A stretch of 64,000 bases of DNA from Phaeosaccion multiseriatum (GCA_965112735.1 OZ218955.1:4030001-4094000), one strand, 5' to 3'. Positions 1 to 39,866 are shown, counted from the stretch's first letter. Program-made: numbers and translations. The notes: a model not told the origin generated them from the letters alone.

Positions 1-27030
<27,030 letters not shown>

Positions 27031-27347
27031 GGTTTTCCTGTCGAGTCGGGTACGTATGTGTGTGTGAGAGAGAGATAGAGCGAGCTGCAATACCAAAGAG
27101 CATGCAACAGAGGGTGCTTGTTAATCGGCATGGAGAAGGCCTAAAGTTTCCCACGTGGCAGGTGGATCGGGATATTTCCCTTCCGACATGATGTCTGTCC
27201 TTTTGTCTTCCCTTCCTTCACTCCCTCTGTACCTCTCGCTCCCTCTCTCTCCTCCTTCCCGCATGCTCTCTCCGAGTATCCCTCTCTCCGTACGCCTTTC
27301 TGGTTCCTCCCCCCCCCCCCTTCTCTGCCTCTCTCTCTGTCTCTCTG

Positions 27348-27385
<38 letters not shown>

Positions 27386-28557
27386 TCTCTCCCTCTCTTT
27401 GTCTCTCTCTCCCGGCCACTCTTTGCAAAATCTGTACAAATGTATAAACCGGGAGTGATAGAGCTATAGAACGAGTCGTATCAGTACCAAGAGTATCAAG
27501 ACTAGTAAGATCCCAAATAAACTAAAGCATTGCGCTGTGTGCGCCCCGGAGGGACAGTGGGGAAGGAGATGGAGTGGTAGAGGGAGAGGGAGGGGGGAAG
27601 GGAGGGATTCATCGTGGAGAGGACTGCAGGTGGGAGTTGAAGGTTATGGATGGGGGCGGTAGGGTTAGAAGGAGGGGTGAAGAAGAGGCTGGTCATCCAT
27701 TAGTGGAAACAGAGGCAGAGGGCGGAGAAGTGGGTGCATGTGGTGCATGTGTCTCTCTCTTCTCTAGCGCTCTCTCGCCTTACCTTGTAAATGTAGTTTC
27801 AGCTGTCGCGGCACCACACGCTCCTCATGCTGTGTGTCCTGTGTAGCTCTTCTGGACTTCTACACGATCGGCTCTCGCCTAAGCTCTCCCTCCCTCTAAA
27901 ATTCCGGCTCGCCCGTTACGGAAGAGCCGCCCTTTAACAATCAAGATTCGTATTTTTGATTATGTCCACCCGGAAACTACTCACGTTTTGAATTTTTGTT
28001 TCCTTGTGTTATAGGTGGCTTAAGGTGGCTTCACATAGTACGCCACGCTGGTGAAACGTCTAGAAAAGCTCCGTAAGGGGAAGGAAAGAAAAATTTGGCC
28101 TGGGCACACGGCCCTGGGTAAGGCGCTGTGCGAAGCCTCTGCCTCCCCTAGCACAGTGCCCCCTCGATGACTGCGTGCCTACCCTGACTGGCCTGTCGAG
28201 CTCCACACCCATCCACCACACCGTGTGTAGGTAGGCGCAACAGCTCTCTGCCTCCCACGAGAATAACCCTTCATTAGTAGTGATGGTCCTATTGTTCCCC
28301 TCTCCTTCCTCTCGAGCAGAGCCCCCCCTCGCTAACTGCAACACGCAACACGCAGGCGGCGCTCCAACTGCTGCTCGCCCATGCGCCTACACATGCCACA
28401 GAGAGGGGGTCTGTTTCCCCCAGGGGATCACTTGCACTTGTGCTTCCCCGCTTGGAAAGGTCGCGTACAGACGCCCCTGCCGAACGCACCCATCCAGTGC
28501 CATCCCTGCAAATACTCCATTAGCACTCCCTTGCCGCCAAAAAGGCCCTCGCCCCCT

Positions 28558-29958
28558 TCAGAGATCGTCGTCGTCATCTGTGTTCCTGAAGGCCACCATC
28601 CCGTCCACCTTGTGCACTCTGGTGCTGAAGCTGCGCAGCCGCACCTCTGATTGGTTGGGGATCTTGCAGGGGTCGCTCTCCTCCCACTGCCGGGGCACAG
28701 TCGCGTCCTTGTCCGCGTACACCTGCGGAGAGGGGCATAGGAGTGAAGGAGAAGGAGGGTGGTGGAGGACGAGGAGGAGAAGGAGGGACTTATGTGTGAG
28801 TGGGGATGATCTAGTGGGCTGGTTTGGCCCGCGATGTGTGAAGACCAAGTCGGCGCTTCGAGGAGGGACACGCGTCTTCCGCCAAGAAGGGTTGGGAGGG
28901 GACATGCGTCTCACTCTCTCGTGAACAGAGGACCCTCTGTCCTGACACTGCTCTCTCACCAGCAGGTCGAAGCTGCAGGGCTCTGAGAGGAGGGGCAGGA
29001 AGGTGACGCTGGCGGTGATCTGGCGGATGATGGCCTGGATCTCGCCGTGGATGGCCTTCACGCTCTTCTTCGGCGCCTCCGCATTGCTAGGGGATGGCAG
29101 TGGACGTCGGGGGGGGGGGGGGGTTGAGCGGCAGCGCCTACACATCTTCAAAAGTCAAAACTCGCCTGAGTCAATGGGCAAATTTGCACAGCCCCGTCTA
29201 CCTTCACTGGGGAGTGCTCTCTCCTTCGGCCCCTGCAGCAGCTTCCCTGCCCCCGCTGTGCTCATGACTCACTCACCCTCTCTCGCTGAGCACGGCCGGA
29301 GTCTCGCTATGCACGTTGAAGGCCCACCGCTCGAGCACATCTCCCGAGTCGATGCCCGTAATGACGAGCACGAGGCGCTGCACCTTGTCATTCAGGAGCC
29401 ACGCTGAGGGGGGGGGGGATATTGTTGAGGGGGAGGGGGTGATGCTGCTCATTCGCTCTCTTTCTCGTTCTAGCCCTATACTCTCGCTCTCTCTGCCTGC
29501 TGTTCCTCCTTACATTGCAGCTGCTTGCCGACCCCCTCGAGGTAGAGGTTGAGCTGATCGTCCTTCGTGACCAGCATGGTGAGGCCATACTTTGCCTGCT
29601 TGTCGAAGCTGGCGGCCGGGTAGATGCCACGCTGGTACAAAATACTGTATGTCGGGAGGAAAGCGGCCGGTGGGCAACACAGGCAGGTCAATGGGGTAAG
29701 TCACCACGGGGAAGAGCAGGCCAGGTCAGTGGAGAGAGAATTGGAAGAAATACCTCGAGGCCACACTCACCTATTGATGCTGTAGTAGAAGAACTCTGCA
29801 ACGATCTCCGTGGAACCCTTCAGAGTGATCACATTCTCCGTCTCCTGAGCCGTGGACTGCCGCGGGGGGCGAGATGGTGTGTCGGGAAAGGGGGGTGGAG
29901 AGTTGGAGAGAAATCGGAGAGAAAGACAAAGAGCTTGCTCCGGCGATGCACTCACCAT
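28558..29958 (-). CDS. MAD2: Mitotic spindle checkpoint HORMA protein Mad2
   Basis: Exons 29956-29958 (ATG only), 29771-29856, 29514-29644, 29277-29403, 28960-29086 and 28558-28722 give MSTAQETENVITLKGSTEIVAEFFYYSINSILYQRGIYP...KYGLTMLVT...LERWAFNV...EIQAIIRQITASVTFLPLL...FDLLVYADKD...WEESDP...VRLRSFST. These are diagnostic Mad2 motifs. Confidence 0.96.
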
Positions 29959-30525
29959 GATGAGGCAGGGATCCTTCGCTCAGCTGCTCTGGCTGAACGT
30001 CCTCTTCAAGACACTCGTCTTTGGGCTTGCCTGCTTTAGAGCTACACGCGTAGAGTGAGCGGCGGGCGACAACGACGCGTAGCAAGAATCCTTCACTGCT
30101 GTTCTATTTCCAGGTCTCTCCCCAGCCCCATCAAGCGCCCCTACCTTCTCCTGCACTCCACGAGGGCGATCGCTGCTACCCCTTTTGGATGTCTGCTCTT
30201 CGCTGCTTCTTCTGATGATTGCCCGTTGGCCTATTTCTTGAAATCACAGATGGCGAACAGAGAACAACACGTGGACGAACAAACGAAACTGTCAACTTGG
30301 CAGGGCTGCTCTTTCAATTCCTCTCTCTCTCTCCCTCTCTCTCAAGGGGGTCTCCAGCTTCAGCCTGCGACTATATCCATCCTTAGGAGGAGGGCTAAGG
30401 TCCAGGCCGGGACGCTCCTACCCTCCTCTCTCCGGGAAGAAGAGGACAGAAAGATGAGGGAGTTCGGGGAATTTTGATCCCCCTCCACCCACACACGGGA
30501 GCTTCTGTAGTGTCAGCAGGGAGCC

Positions 30526-33500
30526 ATGATTCTCACTAGAGCGGGATCCGCGCCCACCCTCCCCCCGACTACCCCATCCCTGGCTCGAGCGGGCAGCACC
30601 CGACAGCCCGACGGGAGCTACACCAGCACGTACGGCCGACAGATTCACTCGCACCACCAGAGGCAACAAGAGAGGGAGGAAGAGGAGGGTTTGCATCTAC
30701 AAGAGGCGCTGCTGTCTAAAGAGGACCCCATCGAGCTGCCCCCTCCGCAGGGGCCGGGTCCCGTTCTGCCCAACATGACGAGCGTGATGCATGCGAGCAG
30801 CAGCGCCATGGTGGCGAAGGCCGTCAAGGCCATGCCCGTGCACTGCCGGAGGGACGGGGAGATGCTCATGAACATGTTGCAGGCCCGGTGCGCCATGGCC
30901 GAGGACCGCGCCACGCAGCTGGCCCGGAACGTTGTGAGAACACAGAGAGACAAGAAGGAGCTATTGTCTGCCCTGGGTGAGTGAGGGAAAGAGTGGGTGG
31001 GTGGGTGATAGATCGCTCATGCTCGTCATCCTCCCGATCGTCTTGCCCGCCCCGCCCCGCTCCCCCGCTTGACCAAAGGCCTGGCCCACACCAAGGTGCA
31101 CACAAGGGAGGACAAGCTCAATGAGCTGGAGCAGAAGATGGCCGAACAGAACAAGGAGCTCAGGCTGCAAAGGGCCCGCGTGGCCGAGGACTCCAAGGCC
31201 GCCAAGAAGGCGAGGCTGCGCACTATCCGAGTAGAGAGCGCGCTGCAGGCCCTCACTGCCGACGCGGCGACGGGAAGTAGGGGAAACAGAGGAAACAGGG
31301 GCAGCGGGGGCGCCGGGGGGTCTGCCAGCCCGAGCAGTAAGGCAGGGGGTCGGGGCGGGGGAGGGGGAGGGATCGCTGCCAACCCGATCATGGCCAGCGA
31401 CGAGGCCCTCGCGTCCGTGCCGCGCAGGAAGGCTCTGCAGAAGGCGGTGCTGCACATCTCCTCCGACAACGCAGAGCTCACGCTGGAGAAGGCAAGAATG
31501 GCCAAGGACATCGCGGGCCTCAAGCAAGACGTAAGTGCGTGTGTGTTGTTGTTGTTGCGTGTATATATTTGTGTTATATATATGTGTGTGTGTGTGTCTA
31601 TGTAGATATGTGTGTGTGTGAGTCGTGCCTCTGCGCTCTAATGTTCGCGTCCCACCATGTGTCGGTGCCAGGTGCGGTCCCTCAAGAGGAAGCTCGCGGC
31701 TCGGTCCGCTTCTCGGGGAGGAGGCGAGGGGAACCGCTCTCGCCTCCACACCGGGGCCGGTCAGCAGGACCCTGCTCCCCACCGGTCGTCCGTGACGGGG
31801 CTGCCCCACTCGCAGCTCTGCTCCTCGCACAGTGCCAGTGCTATGGGCACCATCCCCATGGAGGACGTGGAGGACGAGGTTACGCGTCTTGTGGAGCTGG
31901 GGGAGGTTTCCGCACCCGACATGGTGCTCAAGTTCGAGCGGGCCTACGACCTGTCCGTGAGCATGAGTGCGTGTGAGGACGTGTGTGAGCTGGTGGGGTG
32001 CTTGCTGGGGAAGCGCACCAAGCAGCTGCTGGGCTGCGATGAAGTGGCCGTCTTCTTTCACGTGCCCCAGGAAAAGGTGGAGGTGGACTTGCAGCAGTTG
32101 GTTGCGCAGCAGCCGCAGCCGCAGTACTTAGACGAGGTGGTGGTCTGCAGCAGCAGCAGCAGCAGCAGTCAAATGGGCAGCAGCAGCGGCACAGACGAGG
32201 TAGAGGTGGATTGGGAGGGGGAGGGGGAGGGAGCTCCTCAGCGGGAGTGGGAGAGCGCAGACGGCCCCGGGGGGGGGGGGGGCTTTGAAGGCAGCGACAG
32301 CGACACTGGCAACAGCGACACAGCAGCGGGCCGGCGGTGGAAGTTCCTGCCCCTCAGGGGTGGGCTCGTGGGGGAGGCCTTTAGAACACTGGAGCCCGTG
32401 CTCGCCGATAGCACTCCCGAACACCCCGCCTTCGACAGACGAGCCGACGCTGAGGTGCGGTGGATTGGGAGGAGGGGGGCAGTGGATGGCTGTGGATGGC
32501 TCCCACTCGGAAACAAATGGGATGGGCTCACTCACTGACTTTCTCGCTGACTTTCTCACTGACTTACTCAGGTGGTGCCCCCCTCGGGCACGGCGTGCTG
32601 CCTCGTGCCGTGCGTGACGCGATTCAAGCCGCTGCTGGTGCTGCAGATGTGGAGCAGGGAGAGAGAGGGAGAGAGTGCTGAGAAGGTCATCTCCCCTGCC
32701 CCAAGCAGCCACGCCGAAGGGGCCGACAAGAAGAGACGAAGCCGAGCCTCCAGCCACTCCGTAGACGAGGCGCACCTCAGAGGAGACAGGGGGGGGGGCA
32801 GGGACAGCAGGGGAGGAGGAGGAGGAGGAGGAGGAGGAGGAGGAGGAGGAGGAGGAGGAGGAGGAGGAGGAGGAGGAGGAGGAGGAGGAGGAGGAGGAGG
32901 AGGAGGAGGAGGAGGAGGAGGAGGAGGAGGAGAGACGGGCGAGGAGGAGGGCGAGGCCGAGGCAGGGGGCACATGCACTGAAATTCTCGGCCCGTACAGC
33001 TTCTCCCCCGTGGAGGTGCTTCTCGCTAACCTCCTGCTCGTGCAGTTCGCGAGCTGTCTGGACCATCTGCAAAGGGCGCCCCCCCCCTGGGAGAAGGAGG
33101 GATTCATGAACAGGGCCGCGCATGCAAGGACCCGCATGATAGACCGGGTGCGTTAGTCAGAGAGTGAGCCAGTTCTTAGTCAGTGGGTTAGTCAGTGCGT
33201 TAGTCAGCGAGCGAGGGATGGTAGCAGAGGGAGACGGGGCTATGCTGGGGATGGCAGTGGACGGGGAGACGGGTGAGAAGACGCGTGATCCAGCGAGTGG
33301 CGCGAGGAAGGGGAGGGGAGAGGAATCCAGCACGGGGCAGCAAACGATGGCCAAAGCTTCTTCCTTGGCACGGGCGGGTCTTCGAGTGCGCTGACCTCAT
33401 CCCGTCTCTCCCCTCCCCTCCCCTCTCATCGCTTCCTCCCTTGGCAGCTCCTTCCGCACCATAATGCAGAGTCGAAGGAGTTTGACTTTCAGTTGTCGCC

Positions 33501-36500
33501 GCAGTGCGTGTCTGCGTCTGACGTGGCGGCCCTCGTGGAGGCGGAGTGTCAGGACTTGCTCAGGGTCAAGGCCAGGGTCTTCATCGTGGAGGGAGCGCAG
33601 ATGTGGTGCGTGCGTGGGGGTAGAGAAAGGTGGCACTGGATGGCATTGGATGGCAGTGCCAACGACTCAGTCACTCTGTACCATGTCTGTGTATCCCCCA
33701 CCGCTGTTATCCCCCATATGTCCAACATGTATGTCCAACATGTCAGGTGGCTGACACAGGAATGCAAGGAGGCGGACTCTGCCAAGGAGCGCGCTTTCGC
33801 CTCCCTCTCGCACGGCCTGGCTGGGCAGGTGGTGCGGGATGGAGTGTCACGCTTCTTCAAGGACCCCGACAACAACCCGCACTTCAACGACGCCATCGAT
33901 CTGCACACAGGTGGGTTGGTAGGTGCCCAGGGGTGGGGGAGGGGGGGAGTACTTTGGATGCCGAGGGTGCGCCTCAATGGTCACAGCGTATGAAGTGCAC
34001 GGGCGGGGACAAAGCCGATGAGCGGATGGCGTACGGCTGCCTCGCGAGGCAAGCAAGCTTGACCTTCCTGAACAGCTCACTCTCCGTCGTATCTCCCTCC
34101 TCCAATACGTGCCTGTCTACTGCGCTACTGTCCCCTGTGTGGTGATACGGTGGTCGCCAGGCGGCCCCTTGGCGACGGTGGCGGTGAAGGACTTCACAGG
34201 ACACATCTGCGCAGTGCTGCAGGCAGGGGTCGACAAGGACGTGGCGCTGCCGTCCGTGATGCACCCCTTCCTGGGCAGGGACCAGAGAGGGGGAGGGGGT
34301 AGCAGGGAGCACAAACATGCCAAGACCAGCCGTGAGTGGGGCCGTGAGTGGGGCACGAGGGGGGGGTGGGATAGAGGGGAGCTGTGAGTGGGCTGGGAGT
34401 GGGGTGTCACACCAAAGAGCACTAAGCAACGCTCGCACTCATCTGCGTGTGTGTGCGTGTGTGTGTGTGTGTGTGCTCGTTGCGTTGCTTGTCTTGGGCC
34501 TGCCTTTTCTCCCTTCCCCTCCCCCTCTGCCAGCGCTGAGCGCCTTCGCGTCTGAGGTCTCCCCCGCCTTGTCCTTCCTCCTCCGAGAGGCGCGACGAGG
34601 AAAGCTCTCCGACCCCTCCGACGCACACTCGCTGTACGAAGGCAAACTCAAGGAGGAGCTGAAGAGGAGCGAGGCCCTGCATTTGGCCAGGGAGGAGGAG
34701 GAGAGGCACAAGGCAGAGGCCGTTCGTCTTGCGCTGGACAAGGAGCTCAAGGAGAGCAGGGAGCAGGTGAGAGGGGTATGGGCACGCAGATGAGAGGTAT
34801 AGGGGTGTATGGGCAGGGCAGGGTAGAGGTGTATGGGCAGGGCAGGGCTGATGTGTACTGCTGAGCAGGGGATGGAAAGCATGCAGCGCATGAGGCCTTG
34901 AGCGATGAGAGCACTCCCCTCACTCTCTTTGCCGTGCCGGGCCATCCATTTGTTGACTTTCTGCAGGAGAGTGCCCTGCGGCGAGAGCTCCAGCTGAGGC
35001 GGAGGGAGGAGCAAGCGGAGCAGCAGGAGCTTCAGGACGTGCGGGAAAGGCTCGACAAGGCACTTGAGGCCTTGGAGGTGAGAGTGTGTGAGGCTGTGAA
35101 CGAGGTATGGGGGTGTGAAGTGAGGGGGGAGGGTTTGAAGTGAGGGTGGCCTGTGGGGGAGGGGGAGGGGAACGGGAAGGAGGAGAGGAAGGGGCGGCCT
35201 CTCCCTGCCCCCCTCCTCGCATCCTCATCCACTGCTCACCTGCTTCTGCGCGGCATGCCTTGCATCTCTGTGCGCGTGCCTCGGTCCCGCTCGTTCACGG
35301 CCTTGTTCTCGTTCACTGCACTGTGGAAATGACGCTTGCTCGTTCACTGCACTGTGGAAAGGCGCGGGACTCCGAGTTAGTCGTGCTGGAGGAGGAGATG
35401 ATGCGCCTCCGGAGGGCCCCTCTCCTCGCCACCGATGAGGAGCGGCAGCAGGACTGGCAGCAGGACTGGCAGGTTCAGAGGGAGGGGGTGGGATCGCGCT
35501 CTCGCTCCTCTCCCATGCCCGCCTCGCGGCCCACGAATAATGGCGATGACTGCTTGGAGGCCCGGCCCGCGGAGCTCAGCCCCAGCTCCAGCTACACCCC
35601 CACCCGCCTTTCCTCCCTGCCCCTCACGGGGGGGTCAGAGCTTTCTCAGCGCAAACTGGAAGTCCCCGCACAGTCTCAGGCCCGTGCTCCGGCCGGGATG
35701 GCAGTGGATGGGGCGGAGCTTGACGGGCTCAGGTACACGTCTTCGCCGCCAATGCCCGCCGCAGAGCGCTCGCCAGAACCAGCCGTTGGTGATACAGCAG
35801 CACCAGCAACAAACACGACAGAAGCAGGACCAGCACCAGCAGTTGATGATCCAGCAGTAGCAACAGAAGTTGGTGATACAGCAGAAGCAGCAACAGTTGT
35901 TGCAACAGTTGGTGATATAGCAGAAGAAGAAGCAGTTGGGCATACAGCAGCAGCACCAGCAGGAAGTCCAAGTGCCCCGTCTTCCAGCAGACGCGGTGAG
36001 TGTGTGGGTGTGGGGGAGGAAGGGGTCCGAGACGGCGCGGGAGAGGGACAAGGGCAAGGGCAAGGGCAAGGGCCCATCTCGGCATCTGCCTGCTCGGGGG
36101 AGAAGGAGCAGGCAGGGCAACAGGAAGGGCAGGAAGTGCAGGAAGAGGAGCAGGGGGAGGAGGGGGAGGAGGGGCAGGCTCCACCCCAACCCGTGATGTC
36201 TACGGCAGAGGCAGCTGTAGCCCCTCTGTTGAGTGAGGAGGAGGCACCCACAGCCCCTCCAGCCCAAGCCGAGTTGGGCATCGAGTCTGATGCCCAAGGT
36301 GCCCTGGATGGTGGGGTAGCGCTGAGCGAAGCTGTTGACGTATCACCGACTGCTCCTCCGGAGGCAGAGGAAGCGCACGAGCACCAACACGAGCACGAAC
36401 ACGAGCACGAGCACGAGCAGCATCACGAACATGCACATCATCACGACGAATACTACAACGACCACGCACACCATCACAGCCACGGAGGGGGGGCGGGAGA

Positions 36501-36882
36501 GGACGCCTGGTCCCAGCACCAAGACGAGAGCGGTCATGTCTACTATGTCAACGAATCCACCGGGGAGTCCTCCTGGGACCCGCCTGCCTCACATGGCCAA
36601 GGCATACAGGCACACGATGGAGGGGCCTTAGGGGACATGAACTCTTCCTCACTTTCCTGTGCTACCCAACAAGGCCCGCTGGTGGGGATGGCAGTGGATG
36701 GGGGGGGGGCGCTGCCGGAGGGATGGGAGGAGCACGTGGACGCCACTGGCAGCGTGTATTGGACCAACTCGGACACCGGGCAGACGAGCTGGAGCAAGCC
36801 GCTGGAGGGGAGCGCGGCCAGAGCGGCGCAGGCAGACGCCAAGAAGGAAAGGAGGGGCAGCGCTTACGTCATCGAGCTGTAG
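30526..36882 (+). CDS. Coiled-coil protein with two GAF-like domains, a His-rich tract and two C-terminal WW domains
   Basis: Phase-consistent exons 30526-30976, 31079-31530, 31672-32454, 32572-33147, 33448-33605, 33747-33910, 34161-34331, 34534-34766, 34967-35077 and 35362-36882. GAF-type motifs: GLVGEAFRTLEPVLAD...HPAFDRRAD and GLAGQVVRDGVSRFFKDPDNNPHFNDAIDLHTG. WW motifs: WSQHQDESGHVYYVNESTGESSWDPP and LPEGWEEHVDATGSVYWTNSDTGQTSWSKP. The start codon is uncertain. Confidence 0.8.
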
Positions 36883-37302
36883 AGAGGGAGAGTGGCACAG
36901 AGAGAGAGAGCGCTAACCCTAACCTAAGACAGCGGAGAGGGGTGCTCACCTCATTTGATCCCGTCCCTTCCGATCAGCAATAGGGGGAGAAATCAACAAT
37001 TCTATCCCATCCGATGGCACCCATCCGATGGGCACGAAAAAGAGAGAGACGGAGCACAATGATGCATTATTCTGGCGGTGCTTTCAGATCGACGCCCCAC
37101 ACGTATGCCCCCGTAGTGAATGCCCAACCCCTCCTCCCTCTCGCAGGCCCGTCCCTCCGCCTTTGGTGACTACTTTGAAGTCAATAAATAGTCCCTCCGC
37201 CAAGAGACCCTCCGCCAGATCACCTCACGGCATTGCCGCGCTCGTTGGGAGGGGAAGAGTCACACGCCTCCACTCATGTCTCCACTCCACTCGTGCTCCA
37301 CG

Positions 37303-37379
37303 TCAGCAGAAAAAGACGCTCTTGGCAGGACTGCTCAAGGTGCCAAGAGAGGCGGAAGGGGGGACACGGAAGCCACAGA

Positions 37380-37414
<35 letters not shown>

Positions 37415-37531
37415 ATCACTAACTGCTGCTGTTCTTGATGTTGATGATGGCGCTGCTGCCCCTGGCCGTTGGGCTGAAGAGGGAGCTGCTGAGGTTGGAG
37501 AGGGAATTGGTGTTGTGGTTGCTGCTGCTGC

Positions 37532-37569
<38 letters not shown>

Positions 37570-39215
37570 GTGGTCCTGCTCCTGCTGCTGGCGTTGCAGC
37601 ACTTCCTGTTGCTGCGGCAAACGAGACACCGCTCCGCCGTTTGGTCTCCATGCTGCGCTCTCCCCCTGTCCGGTCCTTGCAGAGGAGGCAAGGAGCCTGG
37701 TGTCCGACCGCTGACGCTTCGGTGTGCCCGTGGCTGGCAGAGTGGTCCCGTGCTGCCCCTGCAGCAGCACAGCCCCCCCGCCCGCCTCCCCCTCCCCCTC
37801 CCCCTCCCCGATGCACATACTGGCCAAGCTCGTGGCCGCCGCCTCCTCCTCCTCCCTCCCTCCTCCCCCCGGCCTCTTCCTCTTCCTCGGGGAGGCGCTG
37901 AGGCCCCCCTGCCCTTGCCCAAAGAGGCCTTGTGCCCCTTGTGCCCCTTGTGCCCCTTGTGCCCCTTGTGCCCCTTGTGCCCCTTGTGCCCCTTGTTGCT
38001 GCCCCACGCCCCCTATGCCCTTGCCCCTCTTGATCCCCCCCACTCCGAGCAGCACCCTCTCCGACTGCCTCTGATGGCTCTGATGGCTCTGATGGCTCTG
38101 ATGGCTCTGATGGCTCTGATGGCTCTGATGGCTCTGACAGGGCGGTGCGAACGGGGCACTTTCCTGCTGCTCATCCCTTGCCTGCTCATCCCTGACTGCG
38201 GGGGCGAAGTACACTCCGTCGAAGCACCCCCCCTCTAAGGTGCTCTCCACCTGCCGCTGGAAGAGCGAGGCAGACGGGTCCTTCAGAAGCGCACTCCCGG
38301 CAGCAGCGTTGACGGCGTGCTCGGGGGAGGGCTCCAAGAACATGAGCTGTTGGTAAGGTGATGTTTGATTCCATACACAAGGGATGGTACCCCACGGAGC
38401 GACGGACAGACGACAGCGCAAAAAACAAAAAAAAAGAGGACGGCGACAAGTGTGTTTCGCGTTAAGGGGAGAGCGAGGGCCTGGGGTAAATACGCATCAT
38501 TCATAGAATGCCATCTATGCCGTACCTGCAGCGCGAAGACTACGGTGTTGAGGGACAGCACGGGTCGCCAGTCCTTGTCGAGGATGGGCAGGCGGACAGC
38601 GCCGGACACAAGGGAGATGTTGGGGTGCCACACGCGGCTGGTGCAAAGAACCGTGGGAGCTGCGGCGAGAGGAGGGGGAGCAGGGAGGGGAGAGGGGGTG
38701 AGAAGAGAAAGCAGGTGGGCTAAGGTGGACTGCCATTCAGTCTGCCTCTTTTCAACACCCGCTCCACCACGAGCACGGGCCTGCCCTCACCGTGAAAGGG
38801 GTAGGTCGGGGGGATGTCCACGTCGAAGGCCATTGTCACGCCTGCGTACAGCCCCTCGAGCATGCACAGGCCCACACGCACGTGCAGCACATCGAGCTCT
38901 CCGTTGGGAAAGGAGAGGGAGGTGCGCGCCTGGCCGTGGCCACCGCCGAAGCGGGCGCTGTGCAGCTGCGAGGCATACAAAGGGGCACGGTACTTGAGCG
39001 CGCAAGGCGGGAAAGGAGGCATTTCGTGTGGAAGCTTGTCTAGGGAGCGAACGCTTCAAAGCCCTACCCCTGCCCGCCCACTCGCCGCCCCCTAGCCCAG
39101 GGCGTCGTCCTGTTCCCGCCGTTTGCCCCCCCCCCCCCCCGCCCCTCTCTCTTCCCCTTACCTCGGCTATATCCTTCTTGACTCGAATGGATGCGAGGTT
39201 CTCTCTCGTATACAT
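37303..39215 (-). CDS. UBC12/UBE2M-like E2-fold protein lacking the catalytic cysteine, with a long Q/H/G-rich C-terminal tail
   Basis: Exons 39162-39215, 38791-38965, 38526-38659 and 37303-38346 give MYTRENLASIRVKKDIAEL...SFPNGE..EGLYAG...IPPTYPFHAPTVLCTSRVWHPNISLVSGAVRLPILDKDWRPVLSLNTVVFALQLMFLEP...FQRQVESTLEGG. This matches the Ubc12 pattern except GAVR in place of GNVC. The start could lie further upstream because the frame is open to ~39464. Confidence 0.85.
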
Positions 39216-39866
39216 GGCTTTACTATCCCCAGCGTCCCGTCCTCGCTGCCGCGCTGCTGAAGGCGCTGGAATGTGCTTTCTCCCCCCCCCAGCTAAGCTC
39301 CCTCCAGGGGACTGGCCGCAGCCGACCCCAAAAGAGTTGACTGCGAGGCGGCCAGGAAAGCACAGCAGCGCGGCTAGCAACCTGTCATTGGCTGGCTTAG
39401 AGCACAGGAGACGAGCCTGCAACAAGGACGTAAGCTTGATCTCGTCGTTCCCGCCCCTTGCCAACTCTCCAAATAGGGCCGGCGGCAGCCCGGAAAGAAG
39501 AGGAAAAAAGGTCGAGCCGCTTACCCTCCCTCGTTTCCGCGTTTCTGTAAGGGATTTCGTGAGTGCTTTGGTCTATAGCTACAGTCTTCAAAGGATGGTT
39601 GTTGTAGAGGAGTTCGGATCGGCGGGACATCCAGTGCCATCCATCCTAAGAGTAAAACTGCGTCTAAAGGGGGAAGGGGGCTTTGGAGGATATACGTTTA
39701 TTTGATGGCAGAGGGTCTTCATGGGTAGGCTCCACCGAGGAGACGGAGGAGGGCGATCTTCGCCTCCGATTATACCAAGTCTCGCCTCCCATTAGACCAG
39801 GTCTCGTCCTTCCTTGTATTCTGTTCGTTTAAATTGAGAGGGTCACGCTCCATCGACTGGAAGGCC

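Noticed and set aside
36912-36925. CTAACCCTAAC, identical to the vertebrate telomerase RNA template
   Set aside because: It lies ~30 nt after the GAF-WW stop in a probable 3'UTR, with no evident Pol III promoter, pseudoknot or terminator. Similar short telomere-like words occur elsewhere (14213, 14673, 23841).
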